Origin: Callorhinchus milii
Lineage: Eukaryota
Length of the DNA: 64,000 nucleotides
Direction: 5' to 3'
NCBI RefSeq assembly: GCF_018977255.1
Contig: NW_024704743.1
Coordinates: forward strand, 99,946,001 to 100,010,000
In this document: positions 49,486 to 61,399 of the stretch, one piece after another
Position numbering within the stretch: the first letter of the stretch is position 1
How the letters are laid out: each line of letters opens with the position of its first letter
Translations under genes and position numbers: made by a program
The notes under the pieces: generated by a model
Told to the model about the DNA's origin: nothing
The model's input: the letters and a program-made list of their open reading frames with translations, nothing else
Database searches by the model: none

Positions 49486-49841
49486 CCTGCCCCCCCTGCC
49501 CTGCCCCCCCTGCCCTGCCCTCCTTGCCCCCCCTGCCCTGCCCTCCTTGCCCCCCCTGCCCTGCCCTGCCCTCCTTGCCCCCCCTGCCCTGCCCTCCTTG
49601 CCCCCCCTGCCCTGCCCTGCCCTCCTTGCCCCCCCTGCCCTGCCCTGCCCTCCTTGCCCCCCCTGCCCTGCCCTCCTTGCCCCCCTGCCCTGCCCCCCCT
49701 GCCCTGCCCTCCTTGCCCCCCCTGCCCTGCCCCCCCTGCCCTGCCCTCCTTGCCCCCCCTGCCCTGCCCCCCCTGCCCTGCCCTCCTTGCCCCCCTGCCC
49801 TGCCCCCCCTACCCTGCCCTCCTTGCCCCCCCCCCGCCCTG
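49486..49841. repeat. (CCCTG)n/CCTCCTTGC compound minisatellite in EMILIN2 intron 1; G-rich minus strand
   Basis: Direct reading. Confidence 0.95.
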
Positions 49842-50234
49842 CAAACCGTTGTGATATGCACTCAGAAGAAGAAGAAGAAAAAAACACTTTGAAAAGTTGT
49901 ATGGTGGTGAAATAAGGCGAGAGAGTCATTTATTGAGAAAGATCTTTAGCGCCTGGTATACTGGTGGCTCGAAGCTATTCGTGTTGAGTGAGTGGACCTC
50001 AGACAGACTGTTGCAGCCTGAAATAATAAAATAGTTTAAACGATGCACATAACCTGGTTTAGTGCTGCTCGATCAGACCCTGTCGCACCGGTCTATTCCA
50101 GGCTTTACTAACAGGTCAACTTGTTCTGGTGACAAAAGCTCAGTGTGAGAGTTTTATATAGTCAGAGGTGCAGTGACTATCCACAGCGATCAGTGGATTC
50201 CCACCCTCCTGACCATTGCCCTGCTGATCTGTGG

Positions 50235-50558
50235 CTCTCTCTCTCTCCCCCCCTCCATCTCTCTCTCCCTCCCTCTCTCCCTCCATCCCTCTCTCCCTCC
50301 ATCTCTCTCTCCCTCCCTCCATCTCTCTCTCCCTCCCTCCATCTCTCCCTCCATCCCTCTTTCTTTCTCTCCCTCTCTCCCTCCCTCCCTCCCTCCCTCT
50401 CTCTCTCTCTCTCTCCCTCCCTCCCTCTCTCCCTCCCTCCATTCCTCTTTCTTTCTCTCCTCTCTCTCTCCTCCCTCCTCTCTCCTCCCTCCCTCTCTCC
50501 CTCTCTCCCTCCCTCCATCCCTCTCTCCCTCCCTCCATCCCTCTCTCCCTCCCTCCCT
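50235..50558 (+). repeat. ~325-nt CT-rich polypyrimidine tract abutting the EMILIN2 exon 2 acceptor
   Basis: Direct reading. Confidence 0.95.
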
Positions 50559-50565
50559 GCTGCAG

Positions 50566-50691
50566 GAATCTGTGTGCCTATGTCGTGCACAAGAACGTGA
50601 CTTGCTCGGTCGTGGACAGCACAGAGAGTTACACCAAAGCGGAGTATCAGCCGTGTCCCTGGGATCAGATGAACTGTCCGCCAGTCATGGT
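50566..50691 (+). CDS. EMILIN2: EMILIN2 exon 2: EMI domain N-half ([42 protein letters not shown])
   Basis: tgcag|G...GT|gtaagt; 126 nt; phase 2/2. Confidence 0.96.
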
Positions 50692-50924
50692 GTAAGTATT
50701 AGAGCCGCCCAGTCTCCTGATTCCTGGGATGTGGACGAGGAGGATAATAAAAGGGGATTTAATCCAGACTGCAACTCTGCACTGCACAAGCAGTGGGTCT
50801 GTGTCTCCTCTCTCACTGGGATGAGCTTGTGGGAACCTCCAAAGACAGTAGACACACAACACACACACACACTCACTCACTCGTCAGGGTATTTTGCCTT
50901 TAATCCCACTTTTTTTGTGTGTGG

Positions 50925-51146
50925 AAAAAAAAACAGTGACACCCTTAAAATAACTGATGGAGCCAATCCCAGAAACCCGTTGAAATAAAAATGAATTCTT
51001 TTATGTATTTCAAAAAAAAAAGTTACAGCTTTTAAAATGATTGCTGGAGCCAAGCAAGGAACGTCGTTGAAATAAAATTATTTCTTTTATTATACGTTTT
51101 AAAAAAAAGTTGCGCCTTTTAAAATAACTGCTGGAACCAATCCACA
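50925..51146. repeat. ~88-bp unit tandem repeat, about 2.5 copies
   Basis: ttaaaata actg.tggagccaa...cgttgaaataaaa recurs at ~50945, ~51033 and (partially) ~51119. Confidence 0.85.
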
Positions 51147-52189
51147 AGTCTTGTGTCACATTGTTTTGTCTGATAAAGGAGTGGTGTGTGACAGGATCTT
51201 ACAAATTTACGAGTAAAACATCTGGAGTAACTTCCCTTGTCAGTTTGGGTTGTAAATCTCAGATCTACACTTTCCCCATCTGGTCTGAGATGTAGCTTTC
51301 TCAGGCTTTGTCAGTCAGCAATTCAAACTAAGATCTTGGTACTCGTTTATAAAAATATTCAGGCGGATAGTATTCAAGATATGTGAGCCATTAACTAAAT
51401 AAAGTCATTGAGGGAGAGGGAGGGAGGTTTTAAAGTCCTGGCACTTGGTGGGACTCTCATTCAACATGAGAGTGAATCACAAAGGGATCTCACTCACTCA
51501 CTCACTGGGCAGTTTGCTGCCTTCCCTGATCAGTGCCTCTCCGGGTTGTGATTTGAATGCTTGGTTGACATTGCCTGCGATTGCAAGATGCAGAAACCAA
51601 AAGGAGAGGCGGCTTATGCGACTTGTTGAAGTTACTACCAGCTTTAAAGGAACCATGCAGTTCAGGATATTCTTATGTTCGATTCCCAGATTGTGTTGTA
51701 TTATCTAGTAAGTAAGTAACTTACTCAGCTAGTAAGGGGGAAAAAATGCATTCAATTCTATTTACGGCCTGAGCTGACTACCTCACGAGGGGTCATACTC
51801 TGGTTTCTATGTGTTTCAGGACATTGGCATTTGCTGAAAGCATCTTAAGATCTATGTTACAGCGTCGAGGGTCATTCTGTGTCGTACATGTGGTACTGGA
51901 GCTACACTCAGAATAATATTTTATTGTTTTTGGCTTCACTGATGTAAGGGAGATTCTAATTTAGAAATCAGTTAAATTCTAGGGCTGAATTTGAATAACT
52001 GCGAATTAAAACAACTTGCATTTGCATAGCATCCCTCACGCAGGGTAGCATTCCAGAGCGCTTATGTGAGTTGTTAAAGTCACTACCCAGCATTAAAGGA
52101 ACAATGCAGATCAGGATTGTTTTATGTTTGATTCCCAGATTGTGATGTATAAGGTTGTGTGTCCCCTCAGCTAGTAAGGGGAAAAAAAA

Positions 52190-52550
52190 CTTTGGGAGGA
52201 TGTCCCAAAGTGCTTAACAATAATGGTTTGGCATCTAAGTTGGGGTGGGAGTTGAGGGAAGGCAGGAGAGTGATTACTGAGAGGGCCATTAAAGATGTAG
52301 GTCTTGAGATGGATCTTGAATGAGATGAGGGAGAGAGCGAGTTGGAGGGATGCCCGGATGGAGTACCAGAGGGTGGGAGCAGATAGGTTGAAAGCCTGCC
52401 CGGTGATATTGAGGCAGATAGGGTGGGGGGGGGACATAAAGTAGGCCAGTTTCCGCTGAGCAAAGGGCATAGTCTGGTCGGTAGAGTTTGAAGAGCTTGC
52501 AGAGGTAGGGTAGATCTAGACTATGGAAAGATTTAAAGGACAGGAACAGG
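52190..52550 (-). mobile_element. Old L2 3' fragment
   Basis: APTLW..I..SL..A.SL.SFKIHLKTY motif. Confidence 0.75.
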
Positions 52551-52579
52551 CTAATCTATAATACCATAGATTAACCTGT

Positions 52580-53020
52580 GTATCAGCCTGGTGCCGTGGT
52601 AGCACTCTCTCCTCCGAGTCAGAAGGTTGTGAGTGGGTTCAAGCCTCACATTAGGAGTTGAAATCACATAGTCTAAGTTGACACTCCAGTACAGTGCTGG
52701 GGGGTGTTTGTTTGTTGGAGGTACCAGCCTTCGGACGAGACGTTAAACCAAGATCCTGTGTGCCCGTTTAGGTGGACGTTAAAGATACCATGGCACTATT
52801 TGAAAACAGAAGGGTGTCCTGACCAAACATCCTCCATTTAAAAAAATATTGGTCACTCACTCCATGACTGTTTGTGGGACGCTGCTGTGTGCAAATTGGC
52901 TGCCGTGTTTTCCCACAAACACAGTCACTCTACTTCATAGTAAAATCCTGTGAAGCGCTTTGGGACGTGCTCCCGATGTGAAAGGCATTATACCAAATGC
53001 AAGGATTATTATTATTATTA
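52580..53020 (+). mobile_element. Family B Deu-SINE, near full length
   Basis: tRNA-like head, Deu body, L2-like tail, (ATT)n. Confidence 0.9.
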
Positions 53021-54089
53021 TCACTTATGTCCAAATACCTGGGGTCACCAGGCAAATAGGTAACTGTCCGGATGGTTCATTAGAATCAATAGCTTTTACA
53101 CTGGAACCATTTAAGTGTGGTTTAACTCTGCCTTGCTGCTCTGCATATTGCAACGCACATACAGTGCAACCTCAGCCTCCTGGCTGAATAACTGCAGTGA
53201 AGCAATGGTAAATGTGGCTTTCACAAAGTGAAATGGACAAAACGTTCCCATTTCTGATCCTCATGGTGATGCTCACCTGAAATAACACTGAGGCCCGGTT
53301 GCAATGAGCAACAACATTCTGAACCCCTTGTGAAAGACAAAGGTCTCTTAGGTAATTCTGCGCACATAAAACTCATCTCTCTGTAAAGCATGTGCTAACG
53401 TCATGAGTCTAGCCAGCTGTTCTCAGGAATTCCTCATGCTTGCTTTTTTTAAAAATTTCGATTGTGTATCAACAAAAGCCATGATGATTATAGTAAGACA
53501 TTTGAAATCAACTCATATTTCAGTTAGAGAATTTCTGATAAAAGTTCAAAAGTTCTTGGCTGGAAACTAAGCTCCATGTGCTGAGTTCAGTGAGTGCTCT
53601 AAAGTGAACAATAATTTGTCCAGCTTTCCAGCTGTAATGTTTCTCTGTCTATGACAGTGCCGAGAGCAAGGGCTTTTAGATAATCGCCCAAGCTGTGTCA
53701 CTGTGTATCTTACTCTGTCTTATAATAATAACAACTCTTGCATTTGATAAAGCATCTTTCAGGTCAGGAGGACATCGCAAAGCCCTTCACAGAATTTACT
53801 GTAAAGTGTAGTGACTGAGTATTTTGTAAGTGTAAGTCTAAGTGTAAATGTAACAGCTAATTTTGCGCATCTTGCAAACCTTATTGAGTTGATGCCTCGT
53901 CAACAATGAGCAACTGTACTATACATTTTGTTTGTTTTATTGTTTAATCTATTTTATAAATGTCAGCTTGATTCACAGTGAGTCAGTAGGTCCATTGGGA
54001 CTTCGAGACTCATAGTCTGACACTCTGGGAGACTGTCTCCAATGTGATGGGCTTTGCAATGGAATGTCAGAATTGAGTTAACCCTCTAC

Positions 54090-54880
54090 AGCAGCCTTGG
54101 TCCAGATCCTGAGCCAGAAAAATCCATATTACTCCAGGAAATTATTGACCACAGACCAGCCAGCCTGGCTCATAGGCAGGGTTTTGAGGGCAGACCAATC
54201 TCTGGGAGAAGGAATTCTTCCCACTCAGCTTCTGTTAACCCTGCAAGCAAATGCCTTAATGGGTAGGGTGGTCCTAGCTGGACAAGCAGTGGGAAGCTTG
54301 CCAGGCAGTGCTCTCAATGGCAAGTTATGTGGTTTTAAATTCCAGCAGTACTCCAATGCACATTCTGGGGTGCCCTAGCCTTGGTCCCTGCCTGTATATA
54401 ATAATAATAATCCTTGAATTTGATATAGCGCTTTTCACGTCGGGAGGACGTCCCAAAGCGCTTCACAGAATACACTGTAAAGTGAATTGACTGTATATTT
54501 GTGGGCGAACGCGGCAGCCAATTGCACACAGCAATGCCCCACAAACAGTCGTAGATTGAAAATGACCAATTTTTTATTATTGTTTTTGGTTTTTGGAGGG
54601 ATTATTATTAGGCGTGTGGAGTAAGGAAACTTGCCCAAGGTTTCGCCCTGCCTGGAATTGAACTCAGGTCTCTCGCTTGCAAAGTTAGTACTCTAACCAT
54701 AATATGCCTAAAACTCTCTGGACTAGTTGAAGGCTATGTCCCTTAAGGGAGAGTGCACACTTCATTCCAGACACGGGAAATTTCTATGTGTGAGTGACAT
54801 ACATATTTTGAGCTCTCGGTCTGGTTTGGATACTATAAAGCATGGTGATGGGTTTCCATGTGGTCAGACAGGCATGTGAC
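54090..54880 (-). repeat. Family U repeat, copy 5, split by a family A SINE (54397-54699, minus)
   Basis: Both flanks align collinearly with 42340-42745. Confidence 0.7.
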
Positions 54881-55762
54881 AAAAAAAGGAAGAGGTGAGA
54901 AAATTGGACAGAAAATAAGCATAAAACAAAATCCAACATATCCCTCCTTTAAAACAATAGGTTGCTATATAATACCTGCTATATAAGCCAACCTTTTACT
55001 TTTTATGTTTAAATGACCAATCTCGATCTTGAAAGAAATCCAACTTTGTTGACTGATGAGACTGGGTTTCATCAGAAACAGGCCCTCTGAGAGTGGAATC
55101 GTTTAAGTGGTTCAGAGAATCCCTCAGAGTTAACCCTGTCATTAACAGACAGCTGAAGGAATTGCTGTAAGTGAACGTCCTTTTTAATTTTGACTTGTTT
55201 GCGCATCCACCACCCCCACCTTGTGTCCTTCAGCTAATTATAAGAAACTCATCACCTTGAGGGAAGAGATTTACTTTAGCAAATACCTGCACCATGGGTC
55301 AGTGGTTCACCACTCAGGTGCTGAACTTTGTTAAATTACCCATCCTTCATTTGATGCATTGGTTCATCTACTCATGCTTTAGAAATCCTGGGGTGAAAAA
55401 TGTGGTGATCATAGCTATGTGGTAATAGTTTTTCTCTCCACCCACCCCCCACCTACCTTTGATCCTGCAATGCATCATTTCAGCGCTGATTTGGGAAATT
55501 CACAGAATCTTTTAAATGAAGTTAAGCCAGCAGCCCACGATCCTGTGATGCCATGATCTCTGTGGCAAGAAGTTCAAATGTGCTGCCTTTATTGATCAGT
55601 GGGTGTAGCAAGTGATATTTGGGTGAAGTTGGGGGAGAGGGATGGGGGGGAAACACATTTGCCCACAACTGGGGTGGTACCAAGAACAGACTCCCATATT
55701 ATCACGGTGATCAAAATGATTATCACTGATCGTTATCAAGTGATAATTATCACTGGTGCTAT

Positions 55763-56478
55763 CGTCAGCCTGGCTCAGCGGTTTGCATTCTCCTTTGAGT
55801 CAGAACTTTGTGGTTCAAGCCCCACTTCAGGACTTTGAGCTCATTGCCTAGTCAGCCACTCCACTGGAGTGTTGGGGGAACACTGCATTGCCGGAGGTGA
55901 CATCTGCCTATTCAGGTGGACGTTGAAGACGTTGTGGAGTCCTGTAGCTCAGTGGTTAGAGCACTCGCTTTGCAAGTGAGAGACCTGAGTTCAATTCCAG
56001 GCAGGGCGAAACCTTGGGCAAGTTTCCTTACTCCACACGCCTAATAATAATCCCTCCAAAAAAAAAAACAATAATTAAATTGGTCATTTTCAATCTACGA
56101 CTGTTTGTGGGACATTGCTGTGCGCAATTGGCTGCCGCGTTCGCCCACAAATATACAGTCAATTCACTTTACAGTGTGTTCTGTGAAGCGCTTTGGGACG
56201 TCCTCCCGACGTGAAAAGCGCTATATCAAATGCAAGGATTATTATTATTATTATTAAGATCACATGTCACTATTCGCAAAGAGAAAGGGATTTTTTCTTG
56301 TGTTCTGGCCAATAATCGCTCAAATAAAATCGGTCATTATTTCATAGCTGTTTTGGGAACATTGATGTGTGCAGTTTGGCAGCTGTGTTCACCTATAAAT
56401 ACACAATCACTGCACTTTACAGTATATCTTGTGACGCACTTTAAGATGTTTCAAAGACGTTACAAGGCAACTATTATT
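55763..56478 (+). mobile_element. Family B SINE split by a young family A SINE (55934-56256)
   Basis: B head and B tail flank a complete A copy. Confidence 0.88.
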
Positions 56479-56929
56479 ACAGAATATCTATCACAACACA
56501 AACCCCATTTTTTACCCCATAACTTGGAAATCTGGAAAACATGATGTGATCTTCTGGACTGATACAGTTAAAAATCCATGCAAATATCTAGGGCAGCCCC
56601 ACTGAGCTCTTTCTACTAGGAGTGGTCAGGGGGAGGAGTGAGCCTCATTTTGTGAGCTAACACTTTCCAGTGATACAGCGCTGTCTGCCAAGAGTTCCTG
56701 GCTTGAGACTGAGCTTCATGTGGCTGGCATGTTCAATGGGTTCTCTGCAAAGGCATTAATTTGAACATATTGAACAGCTTTGCACTGTTGTATCACATAC
56801 ATTCCACAACTATATAAAATTGCAGTGTTTTATATTATGAAGTAAATTTTAAAAAGTCGGAATAATACTATTTTTAATCTTGCACAGTGAGGAAAGACTA
56901 GTTAAAATGAGAATGTGTGAGAATGTAAT

Positions 56930-57295
56930 GCAACACAATTTACAATTATATAGCACCTTTCACATTTGGAGGTCATCTCAAGGTGGTTCATACAGCTGAG
57001 TGGGCACCTGGGCTGGGAGGAGGTGAGGGAAGATGACAGGAGGCATAGTCAAAGAAGTAAGTCTTAAGGTTGGTTTTAAAACTTACGAGGCAGGGGACGA
57101 AGTGGAGGGAGCCTGGGATAGAGTTCCAAATACTAGAGAATAGCTGAAGGATCAATAGTAGGGTGGATTGGATGGGAGACACAAAGCAGGCAAGTTTCTG
57201 TTGAGGGGAGGGAATGGCCTGGTAGGTAGGGCTGGAGGAAGTCACAGAGGTAGTGTGAGGTGAGGTTGTGGAATGATATGAATCTAAGGACGATA
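56930..57295 (-). mobile_element. Old L2 3' fragment
   Basis: IWNSIP.SL..VP.LVSFKTNLKTYFFD motif plus tail. Confidence 0.75.
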
Positions 57296-57589
57296 TTTAG
57301 GTTTCTTTCCTATACCCGATCATTCTGGCTCTTTAGGGTTTCTGATCGAATACGCTGCTCCTGCTGTTTTCATATATGAGAAGCTTAATAAAAGTTCTGT
57401 TGAATTGTTGAATCGAGTGCTCTAACCACTGAGCTACAGGACTGTGAGAACTACAGGATTCATCATTCTGAGTGCGCTGATCAAATGAGCTTTCCTTCTA
57501 CTGGGATGAGGTTCCATAGTGCTGAGCATTTTTACTCATGCAGACAAAATGATCAAATGACTCAGAATGATGAATCCTGTAGTTCTCAC

Positions 57590-57873
57590 AGTCCTATAGC
57601 TCAGTGGTTAGAGCACTCGATTCTCGGCAAGGCGAAACCTTGGGCAATTTTCCTTACTCCACACGCCTGATAATAATCCCTCAAGAAAACAATAGTAATT
57701 TGGTCACTTCAATCCATGACTGTTTGTGGGACACTGCTGTGCACAATTGGCTGCCGCGTTTCGCCCACAAAAATGCAGTCAATTCACTTTACAGTATATT
57801 CTGTGAAGCGCTTTGAGACATCTAGAAGACGTGAAAAGCGCTATATCAAATTCAAGGATTATTATTATTATTA
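57590..57873 (+). mobile_element. Family A SINE with anticodon-arm deletion; head duplicated in inverted orientation at 57410-57443
   Basis: Direct comparison with 55934-56256. Confidence 0.88.
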
Positions 57874-58144
57874 CAGTGCGACCTCCTGGTACGTGCTTAA
57901 TGACTCAGGCACAGATTATAACCTGACTCATGTACATTATTTGAACTCAATTCTTTCCACAATGATTAAAAACTCCTTAAGGAAGTAAATCCAGATGTTG
58001 ACTAACTTAAAGTGGAGCTCATGTTTTCTGCGGTTACGAGGATCAGACCAATTGCATTGTGCACGGAATGGTTTAAGTTCTTTGGTGTTTTTTCATGGTT
58101 TCTTTTCACACTAAAACACTCTTCTTTCTCTCTCCTCTAAATAG

Positions 58145-58305
58145 CAGATACACGCGCCCGACATATAAGGTTGCATACAAGGTTGTGACTGAACTGGAGT
58201 GGAGATGTTGCCCTGGTTTTAAGGGTGAAGACTGTAGGGCTGGTCATTCCACACAGACTGCAGTTTATCCTTCGTCTTCCACTGCTCCTAGACAAAGAAA
58301 CCTGA
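58145..58305 (+). CDS. EMILIN2: EMILIN2 exon 3: EMI domain C-half (RYTRPTYKVAYKVVTELEWRCCPGFKGEDC...RQRNL)
   Basis: NAGNAG acceptor tag|cag| (start 58145 or 58148); A|gtaagt donor, phase 1. Confidence 0.95.
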
Positions 58306-58339
58306 GTAAGTTTTTCTTTCTGCCTGTCATTATTATTCC

Positions 58340-58610
58340 AGTTTCCTTAGTTTCCTTACTCCACACACCTAATAATAGTTTCCTTATTCCACACGCCTAA
58401 TAATAATCCCTCCAAAAACAAAACAATAATAAATTGGTCATTTTCAATCCATGACTATTTGTGGGACACTGCTGTGCGCAATTGGCTGCCACATTTTTCC
58501 CATAAATATACATTCAAGTCACTTTACAGTCTATTCTGTGAAGCACTTTGAAAAAGTTGAGAAGACATGAAAAGCTCTATATCAAATGCAAGGATTATTA
58601 TTATATTATT
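58340..58610 (+). mobile_element. Headless family A SINE ~35 nt downstream of EMILIN2 exon 3
   Basis: Starts at a duplicated agtttccttactccacac segment. Confidence 0.85.
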
Positions 58611-59039
58611 ACCATACTTGTCACTGTGGTGGGAAGAGAGATGGTTCTCAATTTTATGACCCCATTGCTTTACAGAACCGCTTTGACAAGAAGCAGCTCA
58701 GTGATACTGGTGTGTCCTCAGTAACAGCACCATGAAACTCACTCCTCTTACTCTAACAACAACAACAAGATTACATGTGTATAGAGCCTTTCACATCGGG
58801 AGGACGTCCCAAGGCGCGTACTCTAAGTACAAATTCCATAGTGCTTGCAGCTACTATAATATTGGAGGTCATGAGTGTTGACTTTCGGGTTTTCTAATTG
58901 GGTAAAGCCCACTTCCCTTACAGAGCAGTGATGGGAAAAGCATGTTGTTAGTCAGGGCTGCAATCCCAGAATTTTGGGAGCATCTTCTCAATGCAGTTGC
59001 ATTAATGGATGTTTAATGAAATGCTTATGAATGAACCTA

Positions 59040-59472
59040 TGTCAGCCTGGTTTAGTGGCAGCACTTTCACCTCCAAGTCAGAAGGTTGTGGGTTCAAGTC
59101 CCACTTTAAGACTTACATCACATAGTCTAAGATGACACTCCAATGCAGTGCTGGGGATTTGTTGCTTTTTCGGAGGTCTTGTTGTTCGGATCAGATGTTA
59201 CATCTGCCTGTTCAGGAGGATATTAAAGATCCCATGGCACTGTTCGGCAAGAAAACGGGAGTTTCTCCTGGGTTCCTGGCCAAAAATCCCCCCAGTAAAA
59301 TTGGTCACTCACCCCATGGCTGTTTGTGGGATATTGCTGTGTGCAATTGGCTACTGTGTTTCACCCACAAAATATACAGTCAATCCACTTCACAGTATTT
59401 CCTGCGAAACACTTGCGACCTCTCATCAACGTGATAAGGAGCTATATTAGTTGCAAATGCAAGGATTATTAT
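59040..59472 (+). mobile_element. Family B Deu-SINE, near full length
   Basis: Same structure as 52580-53020. Confidence 0.9.
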
Positions 59473-60634
59473 AATGAAGTGCTCTGAATAAAGCCTTTAA
59501 GTTTCTGTATTTAGAATTCCTCATAAAGTAGTGGATAGTTTAGATCAGCTTATGCTAGAGTTCCACCAGGCAATTGCACTGATGTGGTAATTGTAGACTA
59601 ATGCTGTTGCACAAACAGGAAGGCTGCTTTTGAACTGAAGTCTGCAGGAAAAGATTATCTCAGAAGAACAAAGCTAATATGAGGTTGGAAACAATTAGGG
59701 TTTGCTCAAAGTGGACAGTGAGGAGTGAAGGAATTTAATCTCTACCTGATAGCCTAACAGTATTTTACTGGAGTCTCCATATATCAATCCCTCCTTTCAC
59801 TCGCTAGTTCTGCAGACAGTGTTTATTAAACACAAAAAGGCTAGATATGCTTCACTGATCGATTTCCCTTGCTGCCCTTTCATTTTCTATTAAAGTAATT
59901 AAGGACTATTACAGATTCCACGGGGAGAATGAGATGTGCAGAAAACTGGCTTGGAAATTAAGACTGAATTCTTACGAATTGTCTGAAATTTGCATGCTCT
60001 TAAAAGAAAAAAAAAGCCTAAGTTTAAACCCGGGTGGAATTTCTCCCCAGAACTCAAGATACTGACAGACAGATTTCTTTCTTTCTACCAAGCACCTTCC
60101 CACCTTTGCATCAATGGTAGCATGACATTAACCAGCCCCTACCCCCTCTGCCTTTATTACCTTGCTGTCTTTTTTCTAAGGTGTCAGATATGATTTATTC
60201 TGCGCGATTTACAAGTTTACCAATGACTGAAAAGTTGAAGACACACTCACTTTCCTGGCATGTTGATTTCCTCTGAAGGAGTCTGTTTTTATTCACTGAA
60301 CCCTACGTCGTGTTATTTCAGCCAACTGGCAACCAGATAACAATTTAGAAGTAGATCCAGTTGTTGAGGGGTCTTATCTTGTTTGCTACTAAGTGAACTG
60401 ACCATCCCTGGTGACTGTATTATTCTTCACTTATTAAACTTATTTCCTCGATTGTATATTAAAAGAAAATGTCAACGTTTCAGCCAAGTAATGTAACAGG
60501 ATAGCATTTGACTTCAGCTTTACAACATAGTTCTCATCACTTTGTCTATTGCATCATTTGTTTACCATTAAAACTCTCAACCACAACCAATATTTGCATA
60601 TGAATTCTAATTCATGATTCAAAGCAATTATCAG

Positions 60635-61090
60635 GGCTCCCTCTGATGGTAGAGGGAGAGCACAAAATCATTCAGGCCAGAAGGTCACAGGTTCCATTCA
60701 TTCCATGCCTGCACGTTAGCTCATTTTAGCTACAATTGGTCTTAATGTCATTGGGTTCAGAGAGGTGAATGCATTTAGCGTTCCTTACTCCTGAGGGCTG
60801 AAATTCTTGTTGATGTTGGTTGTAGTGATATTGACTGATGCTCAGTTATAATGACAGAAGTCCTATGAGAGGTTAAGATTGACACCCTGGATCTGGCTTG
60901 CTGGCCAGCTCCCTCCCCCCTATCCCGTATCCTTTCCCAATAGTCAGTCAGCCTGCCAGGGACTCACTGTCTAGCTCACATATAAAGAATAGCCAATTGG
61001 ACGAGACACAAGAGTATGTTCAGTTCCAGTGGAACTGTACTCCAACAAAGAATCAGCACATTCAATGAGTGAAGGAAGAAATATCAGCAA
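60635..61090 (+). mobile_element. Family C SINE-like repeat
   Basis: Shared core and ctcactgtctagctcaca...gaactgtactcc 3' part. Confidence 0.6.
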
Positions 61091-61399
61091 AAAGCAAAAG
61101 TTACAACCAAATCTTTTTTTCAATTATATTTATAAAATTATTTAATATTTCTGAATGACTAAATTTCATATTTAAAATCATACCTGTAAATATATTAGGG
61201 TAATATATTAAATAATTATACTCTTTTTATAATTACTGAGTATTGAATTTAGGGCTTGTTATTCACTGATATCTATGACTGCTTCACTAATGGTTTGGAT
61301 CTGTGCCATAGTATTTACACAGACAGACAGACAGACCCTATTGTTTCATTGAGTGGAATTGGTTCTGATTGTCAACATTGTTTTAGTGGATTTAATGTA

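Noticed and set aside
49447..50988. Long Pro/Cys-, Gly/Arg- and Ser/Leu/Pro-rich ORFs in several frames
   Set aside because: They are translations of stop-free simple repeats in EMILIN2 intron 1; only 50566-50691 is coding.
55030..55062. CTGATGAG...GAAAC hammerhead-like boxes (also CTGATGAG at 18727)
   Set aside because: No stem II can form; the CTGATGAG pairs with the downstream TTCATCAG as a simple hairpin. The 18727 site has GAAT instead of GAAA.
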